From Auanema rhodensis (taxonomy: Eukaryota > Animalia > Nematoda), in NCBI GenBank assembly GCA_964057225.1, contig OZ059900.1, forward strand, positions 5,394,001 to 5,458,000: a stretch of DNA of 64,000 nucleotides, written 5' to 3'. Shown here in pieces: positions 51,574-64,000 of this stretch (position 1 is its first letter; each line of letters starts with the position of its first letter). A program made the translations under genes and the position numbers. Below the pieces are notes generated by a model that made no database searches, was not told the origin of the DNA, and was given only the letters and a program-made list of their open reading frames with translations.

Positions 51574-54500
51574 TATTAGTCTAAAAACACTATCTTATTG
51601 TGTTTGATGCATGGTAGCCAGGACTTCCAATTTTATGTGAACAGTTAACTATACCACCTAAGTATCTAAAGAAAGTGATCTTGATTTGTAACTCGGTGCC
51701 CGTTAAAGATAGAAGAATACTGTACATTTTAATGAATTCTCCATGGTCATATTAGTCTAAAAACACTAACTTAATGGGTTTGATGCATGGTAACCAAGAC
51801 TTCCAATTTTATGTGAACAGTTAACTATACCACCTAAGTATCCGAAGAAAGTGATCTTGATTTGTAACTCGGTGCCCGTTAAAGATAGAAGAATATTGTA
51901 CATTTTAATGAATTCTCCATGGCCATATTAGTCTAAAAACACTATCTTATTGTGTTTGATGCATGGTAGCCAGGACTTCCAATTTTATGTGAACAGTTAA
52001 CTATACCACCTAAGTATCTAAAGAAAGTGATCTTGATTTGTAACTCGGTGCCCGTTAAAGATAGAAGAATATTGTACATTTTAATGAATTCTCCATGGCC
52101 ATATTAGTCTAAAAACACTATCTTATTGTGTTTGATGCATGGTAGCCAGGACTTCCAATTTTATGTGAACAGTTAACTATACCACCTAAGTATCTAAAGA
52201 AAGTGATCTTGATTTGTAACTCGGTGCCCGTTAAAGATAGAAGAATATTGTACATTTTAATGAATTCTCCATGGCCATATTAGTCTAAAAACACTATCTT
52301 ATTGTGTTTGATGCATGGTAGCCAGGACTTCCAATTTTATGTGAACAGTTAACTATACCACCTAAGTATCTAAAGAAAGTGATCTTGATTTGTAACTCGG
52401 TGCCCGTTAAAGATAGAAGAATATTGTACATTTTAATGAATTTTCCATGGCCATATTAGACTAAAAACACTATCTTATTGTGTTTGATGCATGGTAGCCA
52501 GGACTTCCAATTTTATGTGAACAGTTAACTATACCACCTAAGTATCTAAAGAAAGTGATCTTGATTTGTAACTCGGTGCCCGTTAAAGATAGAAGAATAT
52601 TGTACATTTTAATGAATTTTCCATGGCCATATTAGTCTAAAAACACTATCTTATTGTGTTTGATGCATGGTAGCCAGGACTTCCAATTTTATGTGAACAG
52701 TTAACTATACCACCTAAGTATCTAAAGAAAGTGATCTTGATTTGTAACTCGGTGCCCGTTAAAGATAGAAGAATACTGTACATTTTAATGAATTTTCCAT
52801 GGCCATATTAGTCTAAAAACACTATCTTATTGTGTTTGATGCATGGTAGCCAGGACTTCCAATTTTATGTGAACAGTTAGCTATACCACCTAAGTATCCG
52901 AAGAAAGTGATCTTGATTTGTAACTCGGTGCCCGTTAAAGTTAGAAGAATACTGTACATTTTAATAAATTCTCCATGGCCATATTAGACTAAAAACACTA
53001 TCTTATTGTGTTTGATGCATGGTAGCCAGGACTTCCAATTTTATGTGAACAGTTAACTATACCACCTAAGTATCTAAAGAAAGTGATCTTGATTTGTAAC
53101 TCGGTGCCCGTTAAAGATAGAAGAATACTGTACATTTTGATGAATTCTCCATGGCCATATTAGACTAAAACCACTATCTTATTGTGTTTGATGCATGGTA
53201 GCCAGGACTTCCAATTTTATGTGAAGAGTTAACTATACCACCTAAGTATCCGAAGAAAGTGATCTTGATTTGTAACTCGGTGCCCGTTAAAGATAGAAGA
53301 ATACTGTACATTTTGATGAATTCTCCATGGCCATATTAGACTAAAAACACTATCTTATTGTGTTTGATGCATGGTAGCCAGGACTTCCAATTTTATGTGA
53401 ACAGTTAACTATACCACCTAAGTATCTAAAGAAAGTGATCTTGATTTGTAACTCGGTGCCCGTTAAAGATAGAAGAATACTGTACATTTTAATGAATTCT
53501 CCATGGTCATATTAGTCTAGAAACACAATCTTAATGGGTTTGATGCATGGTAGCCAGGACTTCCAATTTTATGTGAACAGTTAACTATACCACCTAAGTA
53601 TCTAAAGAAAGTTATCTTGATTTGTAACTCGGTGCCTGTTAAAGATAGAAAAATACTGTACATTTTAATGAAAACTCCATGGTCATATTAGTCTAAAAAC
53701 ACTATCTTATTGTGTTTGATGCATGGTAGCCAGGACTTCCAATTTTATGTGAACAGTTAACTATACCACCTAAGTATCCGAAGAAAGTGATCTTGATTTG
53801 TAACTTAGTGCCCGTTAAAGATAGAAGAATACTGTACATTTTAATGAATTCTCCATGGTCATATTAGTCTAAAAACACTATCTTATTGTGTTTGATGCAT
53901 GGTAGCCAGGACTTCCAATTTTATGTGAAGAGTTAACTATACCACCTAAGTATCCGAAGAAAGTGATCTTGATTTGTAACTTGGTGCCCGTTAAAGATAG
54001 AAGAATACTGTACATTTTAATGAATTCTCCATGGTCATATTAGTCTAAAAACACTATCTTATTGTGTTTGATGCATGGTAGCCAGGACTTCCAATTTTAT
54101 GTGAACAGTTAACTATACCACCTAAGTATCTAAAGAAAGTGATCTTGATTTGTAACTCGGTGCCCGTTAAAGATAGAAAAATACTGTACATTTTAATGAA
54201 TTCTCCATGGTCATATTAGTCTAAAAACACTATCTTATTGTGTTTGATGCATGGTAGCCAGGACTTCCAATTTTATGTGAACAGTTAACTATACCACCTA
54301 AGTATCTAAAGAAAGTGATCTTGATTTGTAACTCGGTGCCCGTTAAAGATAGAAGAATACTGTACATTTTAATAAATTCTCCATGGCCATATTAGACTAA
54401 AAACACTATCTTATTGTGTTTGATGCATGGTAGCCAGGACTTCCAATTTTATGTGAACAGTTAACTATACCACCTAAGTATCTAAAGAAAGTGATCTTGA

Positions 54501-54917
54501 TTTGTAACTCGGTGCCCGTTAAAGATAGAAGAATACTGTACATTTTAATGAATTCTCCATGGTCATATTAGTCTAAAAACACTATCTTATTGTGTTTGAT
54601 GCATGGTAGCCAGGACTTCCAATTTTATGTGAACAGTTAACTATACCACCTAAGTATCTAAAGAAAGTGATCTTGATTTGTAACTCGGTGCCCGTTAAAG
54701 ATAGAAAAATACTGTACATTTTAATGAATTCTCCATGGTCATATTAGTCTAAAAACACTATCTTATTGTGTTTGATGCATGGTAGCCAGGACTTCCAATT
54801 TTATGTGAACAGTTAACTATACCACCTAAGTATCTAAAAAAAGTGATCTTGATTTGTAACTCGGTGCCCGTTAAAGATAGAAAAATACTGTACATTTTAA
54901 TGAATTCTCCATGGTCA

Positions 54918-57909
54918 TATTAGTCTAAAAACACTATCTTATTGTGTTTGATGCATGGTAGCCAGGACTTCCAATTTTATGTGAACAGTTAACTATACCA
55001 CCTAAGTATCCGAAGAAAGTGATCTTGATTTGTAACTTGGTGCCCGTTAAAAATAGAAGAATACTGTACATTTTAATGAATTCTCCATGGTCATATTAGT
55101 CTAAAAACACTATCTTATTGTGTTTGATGCATGGTAGCCAGGACTTCCAATTTTATGTGAACAGTTAACTATACCACCTAAGTATCTAAAGAAAGTGATC
55201 TTGATTTGTAACTCGGTGCCCGTTAAAGATAGAAAATTACTGTACATTTTAATGAATTCTCCATGGTCATATTAGTCTAAAAACACTATCTTATTGTGTT
55301 TGATGCATGGTAGCCAGGACTTCCAATTTTATGTGAAGAGTTAACTATAACACCTAAGTATCCGAAGAAAGTGATCTTGATTTGTAACTCGGTGCCCGTT
55401 AAAGATAGAAGAATACTGTACATTTTAATGAATTCTTCATGGTCATATTAGTCTAAAAACACTATCTTATTGTGTTTGATGCATGGTAGCCAGGACTTCC
55501 AATTTTATGTGAACAGTTAACTATACCACCTAAGTATCTAAAGAAAGTGATCTTGATTTGTAACTCGGTGCCTGTTAAAGATAGAAAAATACTGTACATT
55601 TTAATGAAAACTCCATGGTCATATTAGTCTAAAAACACTATCTTATTGTGTTTGATGCATGGTAGCCAGGACTTCCAATTTTATGTGAACAGTTAACTAT
55701 ACCACCTAAGTATCCGAAGAAAGTGATCTTGATTTGTAACTTGGTGCCCGTTAAAGATAGAAGAATACTGTACATTTTAATGAATTCTCCATGGTCATAT
55801 TAGTCTAAAAACACTATCTTATTGTGTTTGATGCATGGTAGCCAGGACTTCCAATTTTATGTGAAGAGTTAACTATACCACCTAAGTATCCGAAGAAAGT
55901 GATCTTGATTTGTAACTTGGTGCCCGTTAAAGATAGAAGAATACTGTACATTTTAATAAATTCTCCATGGTCATATTAGTCTAAAAACACTATCTTATTG
56001 TGTTTGATGCATGGTAGCCAGGACTTCCAATTTTATGTGAACAGTTAACTATACCACCTAAGTATCTAAAGAAAGTGATCTTGATTTGTAACTTGGTGCC
56101 CGTTAAAGATAGAAGAATACTGTACATTTTAATAAATTCTCCATGGTCATATTAGTCTAAAAACACTATCTTATTGTGTTTGATGCATGGTAGCCAGGAC
56201 TTCCAATTTTATGTGAACAGTTAACTATACCACCTAAGTATCTAAAGAAAGTGATCTTGATTTGTAACTCGGTGCCCGTTAAAGATAGAAGAATACTGTA
56301 CATTTTAATAAATTCTCCATGGCCATATTAGACTAAAAACACTATCTTATTGTGTTTGATGCATGGTAGCCAGGACTTCCAATTTTATGTGAACAGTTAA
56401 CTATACCACCTAAGTATCTAAAGAAAGTGATCTTGATTTGTAACTCGGTGCCCGTTAAAGATAGAAGAATACTGTACATTTTAATAAATTCTCCATGGCC
56501 ATATTAGACTAAAAACACTATCTTATTGTGTTTGATGCATGGTAGCCAGGACTTCCAATTTTATGTGAACAGTTAACTATACCACCTAAGTATCCGAAGA
56601 AAGTGATCTTGATTTGTAACTTGGTGCCCGTTAAAGATAGAAGAATACTGTACATTTTAATAAATTCTCCATGGCCATATTAGACTAAAAACACTATCTT
56701 ATTGTGTTTGATGCATGGTAGCCAGGACTTCCAATTTTATGTGAACAGTTAACTATACTACCTAAGTATCTAAAGAAAGTGATCTTGATTTGTAACTTGG
56801 TGCCCGTTAAAGATAGAAGAATACTGTACATTTTAATAAATTCTCCATGGCCATATTAGACTAAAAACACTATCTTATTGTGTTTGATGCATGGTAGCCA
56901 GGACTTCCAATTTTATGTGAACAGTTAACTATACCACCTAAGTATCCGAAGAAAGTGATCTTGATTTGTAACTTGGTGCCCGTTAAAGATAGAAGAATAC
57001 TGTACATTTTAATGAATTCTCCATGGTCATATTAGTCTAAAAACACTATCTTATTGTGTTTGATGCATGGTAGCCAGGACTTCCAATTTTATGTGAACAG
57101 TTAACTATACCACCTAAGTATCTAAAGAAAGTGATCTTGATTTGTAACTCGGTGCCCGTTAAAGATAGAAAAATACTGTACATTTTAATGAATTCTCCAT
57201 GGTCATATTAGTCTAAAAACACTATCTTATTGTGTTTGATGCATGGTAGCCAGGACTTCCAATTTTATGTGAACAGTTAACTATACCACCTAAGTATCTA
57301 AAGAAAGTGATCTTGATTTGTAACTCGGTGCCCGTTAAAGATAGAAAAATACTGTACATTTTAATGAATTCTCCATGGTCATATTAGTCTAAAAACACTA
57401 TCTTATTGTGTTTGATGCATGGTAGCCAGGACTTCCAATTTTATGTGAACAGTTAACTATACCACCTAAGTATCCGAAGAAAGTGATCTTGATTTGTAAC
57501 TTGGTGCCCGTTAAAAATAGGAGAATACTGTACATTTTAATGAATTCTCCATGGTCATATTAGTCTAAAAACACTATCTTATTGTGTTTGATGCATGGTA
57601 GCCAGGACTTCCAATTTTATGTGAACAGTTAACTATACCACCTAAGTATCTAAAGAAAGTGATCTTGATTTGTAACTCGGTGCCCGTTAAAGATAGAAAA
57701 ATACTGTACATTTTAATGAATTCTCCATGGTCATATTAGTCTAAAAACACTATCTTATTGTGTTTGATGCATGGTAGCCAGGACTTCCAATTTTATGTGA
57801 AGAGTTAACTATAACACCTAAGTATCCGAAGAAAGTGATCTTGATTTGTAACTCGGTGCCCGTTAAAGATAGAAGAATACTGTACATTTTAATGAATTCT
57901 TCATGGTCA
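54918..57909. repeat. Block duplicated at a 14-monomer offset (2464 bp): ~54918-55445 and ~57382-57909
   Basis: TTAAAAAT at 55052/57516, CTATAACA at 55350/57814, TTCTTCAT at 55437/57901. Confidence 0.85.
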
Positions 57910-60373
57910 TATTAGTCTAAAAACACTAACTTAATGGGTTTGATGCATGGTAACCAAGACTTCCAATTTTATGTGAACAGTTAACTATACCACCTAAGTA
58001 TCCGAAGAAAGTGATCTTGATTTGTAACTCGGTGCCCGTTAAAGATAGAAGAATACTGTACATTTCAATGAATTTTCCATGGCCATATTAGTCTAAAAAC
58101 ACTATCTTATTGTGTTTGATGCATGGTAGCCAGGACTTCCAATTTTATGTGAACAGTTAACTATACCACCTAAGTATCTAAAGAAAGTGATCTTGATTTG
58201 TAACTCGGTGCCCGTTAAAGATAGAAGAATACTGTACATTTTAATGAATTCTCCATGGTCATATTAGTCTAAAAACACTATCTTATTGTGTTTGATGCAT
58301 GGTAGCCAGGACTTCCAATTTTATGTGAACAGTTAACTATACCACCTAAGTATCCGAAGAAAGTGATCTTGATTTGTAACTCGGTGCCCGTTAAAGATAG
58401 AAGAATACTGTACATTTTAATGAATTCTCCATGGTTATATTAGTCTAAAAACACTAACTTAATGGGTTTGATGCATGGTAACCAAGACTTCCAATTTTAT
58501 GTGAACAGTTAACTATACCACCTAAGTATCCGAAGAAAGTGATCTTGATTTGTAACTCGGTGCCCGTTAAAGATAGAAGAATACTGTACATTTTAATGAA
58601 TTTTCCATGGCCATATTAGTCTAAAAACACTATCTTATTGTGTTTGATGCATGGTAGCCAGGACTTCCAATTTTATGTGAACAGTTAACTATACCACCTA
58701 AGTATCTAAAGAAAGTGATCTTGATTTGTAACTCGGTGCCCGTTAAAGATAGAAGAATACTGTACATTTTAATAAATTCTCCATGGTCATATTAGTCTAA
58801 AAACACTATCTTATTGTGTTTGATGCATGGTAGCCAGGACTTCCAATTTTATGTGAACAGTTAACTATACCACCTAAGTATCCGAAGAAAGTGATCTTGA
58901 TTTGTAACTCGGTGCCCGTTAAAGATAGAAGAATACTGTACATTTTAATGAATTTTCCATGGCCATATTAGTCTAAAAACACTATCTTAATGTGTTTGAT
59001 GCATGGTAGCCAGGACTTCCAATTTTATGTGAACAGTTAACTATACCACCTAAGTATCTAAAGAAAGTGATCTTGATTTGTAACTCGGTGCCCGTTAAAG
59101 ATAGAAGAATACTGTACATTTTAATGAATTCTCCATGGTCATATTAGTCTAAAAACACTATCTTATTGTGTTTGATGCATGGTAGCCAGGACTTCCAATT
59201 TTATGTGAAGAGTTAACTATACCACCTAAGTATCCGAAGAAAGTGATCTTGATTTGTAACTCGGTGCCCGTTAAAGATAGAAGAATACTGTACATTTTAA
59301 TGAATTCTCCATGGTCATATTAGTCTAAAAACACTAACTTAATGGGTTTGATGCATGGTAACCAAGACTTCCAATTTTATGTGAACAGTTAACTATACCA
59401 CCTAAGTATCCGAAGAAAGTGATCTTGATTTGTAACTCGGTGCCCGTTAAAGATAGAAGAATATTGTACATTTTAATGAATTTTCCATGGCCATATTAGT
59501 CTAAAAACACTATCTTATTGTGTTTGATGCATGGTAGCCAGGACTTCCAATTTTATGTGAACAGTTAACTATACCACCTAAGTATCTAAAGAAAGTGATC
59601 TTGACTTGTAACTTGGTGCCCGTTAAAGATAGAAGAATACTGTACATTTTAATAAATTCTCCATGGTCATATTAGTCTAAAAACACTATCTTATTGTGTT
59701 TGATGCATGGTAGCCAGGACTTCCAATTTTATGTGAACAGTTAACTATACCACCTAAGTATCTAAAGAAAGTGATCTTGATTTGTAACTTGGTGCCCGTT
59801 AAAGATAGAAGAATACTGTACATTTTAATGAATTCTCCATGGTCATATTAGTCTAAAAACACTAACTTATTGTGTTTGATGCATGGTAGCCAGGACTTCC
59901 AATTTTATGTGAACAGTTAACTATACCACCTAAGTATCTAAAGAAAGTGATCTTGATTTGTAACTTGGTGCCCGTTAAAGATAGAAGAATACTGTACATT
60001 TTAATAAATTCTCCATGGTCATATTAGTCTAAAAACACTATCTTATTGTGTTTGATGCATGGTAGCCAGGACTTCCAATTTTATGTGAACAGTTAACTAT
60101 ACCACCTAAGTATCTAAAGAAAGTGATCTTGATTTGTAACTCGGTGCCCGTTAAAGATAGAAGAATACTGTACATTTTAATGAATTCTCCATGGTCATAT
60201 TAGTCTAAAAACACTAACTTAATGGGTTTGATGCATGGTAACCAAGACTTCCAATTTTATGTGAACAGTTAACTATACCACCTAAGTATCCGAAGAAAGT
60301 GATCTTGATTTGTAACTCGGTGCCCGTTAAAGTTAGAAGAATACTGTACATTTTAATGAATTCTCCATGGCCA

Positions 60374-63300
60374 TATTAGTCTAAAAACACTATCTTATTG
60401 TGTTTGATGCATGGTAGCCAGGACTTCCAATTTTATGTGAACAGTTAACTATACCACCTAAGTATCTAAAGAAAGTGATCTTGATTTGTAACTTGGTGCC
60501 CGTTTAAGATAGAAGAATACTGTACATTTTAATAAATTCTCCATGGTCATATTAGTCTAAAAACACTATCTTATTGTGTTTGATGCATGGTAGCCAGGAC
60601 TTCCAATTTTATGTGAACAGTTAACTATACCACCTAAGTATCTAAAGAAAGTGATCTTGATTTGTAACTTGGTGCCCGTTAAAGATAGAAGAATACTGTA
60701 CATTTTAATAAATTCTCCATGGTCATATTAGTCTAAAAACACTATCTTATTGTGTTTGATGCATGGTAGCCAGGACTTCCAATTTTATGTGAACAGTTAA
60801 CTATACCACCTAAGTATCTAAAGAAAGAGATCTTGATTTGTAACTTGGTGCCCGTTAAAGATAGAAGAATACTGTACATTTTAATAAATTCTCCATGGCC
60901 ATATTAGTCTAAAAACACTATCTTATTGTGTTTGATGCATGGTAGCCAGGACTTCCAATTTTATGTGAACAGTTAACTATACCACCTAAGTATCTAAAGA
61001 AAGTGATCTTGATTTGTAACTTGGTGCCCGTTAAAGATAGAAGAATACTGTACATTTTAATAAATTCTCCATGGTCATATTAGTCTAAAAACACTATCTT
61101 ATTGTGTTTGATGCATGGTAGCCAGGACTTCCAATTTTATGTGAACAGTTAACTATACTACCTAAGTATCTAAAGAAAGTGATCTTGATTTGTAACTTGG
61201 TGCCCGTTAAAGATAGAAGAATACTGTACATTTTAATAAATTCTCCATGGTCATATTAGTCTAAAAACACTATCTTATTGTGTTTGATGCATGGTAGCCA
61301 GGACTTCCAATTTTATGTGAACAGTTAACTATACCACCTAAGTATCTAAAGAAAGTGATCTTGATTTGTAACTTGGTGCCCGTTAAAGATAGAAGAATAC
61401 TGTACATTTTAATAAATTCTCCATGGTCATATTAGTCTAAAAACACTATCTTATTGTGTTTGATGCATGGTAGCCAGGACTTCCAATTTTATGTGAACAG
61501 TTAACTATACTACCTAAGTATCTAAAGAAAGTGATCTTGATTTGTAACTTGGTGCCCGTTAAAGATAGAAGAATACTGTACATTTTAATAAATTCTCCAT
61601 GGTCATATTAGTCTAAAAACACTATCTTATTGTGTTTGATGCATGGTAGCCAGGACTTCCAATTTTATGTGAACAGTTAACTATACCACCTAAGTATCTA
61701 AAGAAAGTGATCTTGATTTGTAACTTGGTGCCCGTTACAGATAGAAGAATACTGTACATTTTAATAAATTCTCCATGGTCATATTAGTCTAAAAACACTA
61801 TCTTATTGTGTTTGATGCATGGTAGCCAGGACTTCCAATTTTATGTGAACAGTTAACTATACCACCTAAGTATCTAAAGAAAGTGATCTTGATTTGTAAC
61901 TTGGTGCCCGTTAAAGATAGAAGAATACTGTACATTTTAATAAATTCTCCATGGTCATATTAGTCTAAAAACACTATCTTATTGTGTTTGATGCATGGTA
62001 GCCAGGACTTCCAATTTTATGTGAACAGTTAACTATACTACCTAAGTATCTAAAGAAAGTGATCTTGATTTGTAACTTGGTGCCCGTTAAAGATAGAAGA
62101 ATACTGTACATTTTAATAAATTCTCCATGGTCATATTAGTCTAAAAACACTATCTTATTGTGTTTGATGCATGGTAGCCAGGACTTCCAATTTTATGTGA
62201 ACAGTTAACTATACCACCTAAGTATCTAAAGAAAGTGATCTTGATTTGTAACTTGGTGCCCGTTAAAGATAGAAGAATACTGTACATTTTAATAAATTCT
62301 CCATGGTCATATTAGTCTAAAAACACTATCTTATTGTGTTTGATGCATGGTAGCCAGGACTTCCAATTTTATGTGAACAGTTAACTATACCACCTAAGTA
62401 TCTAAAGAAAGTGATCTTGATTTGTAACTTGGTGCCCGTTAAAGATAGAAGAATACTGTACATTTTAATAAATTCTCCATGGCCATATTAGTCTAAAAAC
62501 ACTATCTTATTGTGTTTGATGCATGGTAGCCAGGACTTCCAATTTTATGTGAACAGTTAACTATACCACCTAAGTATCTAAAGAAAGTGATCTTGATTTG
62601 TAACTTGGTGCCCGTTAAAGATAGAAGAATACTGTACATTTTAATAAATTCTCCATGGTCATATTAGTCTAAAAACACTATCTTATTGTGTTTGATGCAT
62701 GGTAGCCAGGACTTCCAATTTTATGTGAACAGTTAACTATACTACCTAAGTATCTAAAGAAAGTGATCTTGATTTGTAACTTGGTGCCCGTTAAAGATAG
62801 AAGAATACTGTACATTTTAATAAATTCTCCATGGTCATATTAGTCTAAAAACACTATCTTATTGTGTTTGATGCATGGTAGCCAGGACTTCCAATTTTAT
62901 GTGAACAGTTAACTATACCACCTAAGTATCTAAAGAAAGTGATCTTGATTTGTAACTTGGTGCCCGTTAAAGATAGAAGAATACTGTACATTTTAATAAA
63001 TTCTCCATGGTCATATTAGTCTAAAAACACTATCTTATTGTGTTTGATGCATGGTAGCCAGGACTTCCAATTTTATGTGAACAGTTAACTATACTACCTA
63101 AGTATCTAAAGAAAGTGATCTTGATTTGTAACTTGGTGCCCGTTAAAGATAGAAGAATACTGTACATTTTAATAAATTCTCCATGGTCATATTAGTCTAA
63201 AAACACTATCTTATTGTGTTTGATGCATGGTAGCCAGGACTTCCAATTTTATGTGAACAGTTAACTATACCACCTAAGTATCTAAAGAAAGTGATCTTGA

Positions 63301-63717
63301 TTTGTAACTTAGTGCCCGTTACAGATAGAAGAATACTGTACATTTAAATAAATTCTCCATGGTCATATTAGTCTAAAAACACTATCTTATTGTGTTTGAT
63401 GCATGGTAGCCAGGACTTCCAATTTTATGTGAACAGTTAACTATACCACCTAAGTATCTAAAGAAAGTGATCTTGATTTGTAACTTGGTGCCCGTTAAAG
63501 ATAGAAGAATACTGTACATTTTAATAAATTCTCCATGGTCATATTAGTCTAAAAACACTATCTTATTGTGTTTGATGCATGGTAGCCAGGACTTCCAATT
63601 TTATGTGAACAGTTAACTATACCACCTAAGTATCTAAAGAAAGTGATCTTGATTTGTAACTTGGTGCCCGTTAAAGATAGAAGAATACTGTACATTTTAA
63701 TAAATTCTCCATGGTCA
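60374..63717. repeat. Homogeneous B domain (CTA, T121, A161) with 9-monomer duplication (1584 bp) x2
   Basis: GGCC at 60899/62483, TACTAC at 61159/62743 and 61511/63095, GTTACAG at 61738/63322. Confidence 0.88.
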
Positions 63718-64000
63718 TATTAGTCTAAAAACACTATCTTATTGTGTTTGATGCATGGTAGCCAGGACTTCCAATTTTATGTGAACAGTTAACTATACCA
63801 CCTAAGTATCTAAAGAAAGTGATCTTGATTTGTAACTCGGTGCCCGTTAAAGTTAGAAGAATACTGTACATTTTAATGAATTCTCCATGGCCATATTAGT
63901 CTAAAAACACTATCTTATTGTGTTTGATGCATGGTAGCCAGGACTTCCAATTTTATGTGAACAGTTAACTATACCACCTAAGTATCCGAAGAAAGTGATC

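Larger units (their letters stand above)
1..64000. repeat. 176-bp satellite DNA tandem array (~363.6 copies, single orientation), probably centromeric/pericentromeric; extends beyond both window edges
   Basis: Monomer TATTAGTCTAAAAACACTAACTTAATGGGTTTGATGCATGGTAACCAAGACTTCCAATTTTATGTGAACAGTTAACTATACCACCTAAGTATCTAAAGAAAGTGATCTTGATTTGTAACTCGGTGCCCGTTAAAGATAGAAGAATACTGTACATTTTAATGAATTCTCCATGGTCA starts at 1, 177, 353, 881, 2641 and so on. Phase is 176k+1 up to ~31.6 kb, 176k-1 after two 1-bp losses, and 176k+6 after a 7-bp gain (last start 63894). The repeat call is certain. The centromeric role is inferred from monomer size and homogeneity only. Confidence 0.98.

Noticed and set aside
1-64000. 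CRISPR array or other repeat-spacer system
   Set aside because: There are no unique spacers. The entire 176-bp unit is repeated, and there is no leader or cas gene.
1-64000. Protein-coding tandem-repeat gene
   Set aside because: Both strands contain many stop codons. Because 176 is not a multiple of 3, any reading frame cycles through all frames and terminates within at most three monomers.

Overview
The whole 64 kb window is one uninterrupted, head-to-tail tandem array of a 176-bp, AT-rich monomer (about 33% GC by hand count). It holds 363 complete copies plus a 107-bp partial copy, all in one orientation. This is eukaryotic satellite DNA. A monomer close to nucleosome-plus-linker length with very high identity is typical of centromeric or pericentromeric satellites, but I cannot name the family or organism. 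I found no genes, RNA genes, CRISPR spacers or intact transposons. Monomer positions quoted below are numbered from the TATTAGTCTA start at window position 1. The internal structure has five parts. (i) Two monomer subfamilies, A and B, differ at five linked sites (20, 25, 28, 44, 48); A is common on the left and B dominates on the right. (ii) Local higher-order duplications have changing periods (3, 4, 5, 7, 8, 9, 14 and 38 monomers). (iii) Only three length-changing events occur: a duplicated 1-bp net deletion and one 7-bp insertion. (iv) Deamination-type changes occur at all three CpG positions. (v) Many variants, including the B-defining SNPs and all indels, perfect, restore or invert short dyad symmetries. 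That last pattern is the most interesting signal. It suggests template-switch mutagenesis and/or selection for non-B DNA, but it needs a statistical test. I found no protein-coding novel system.
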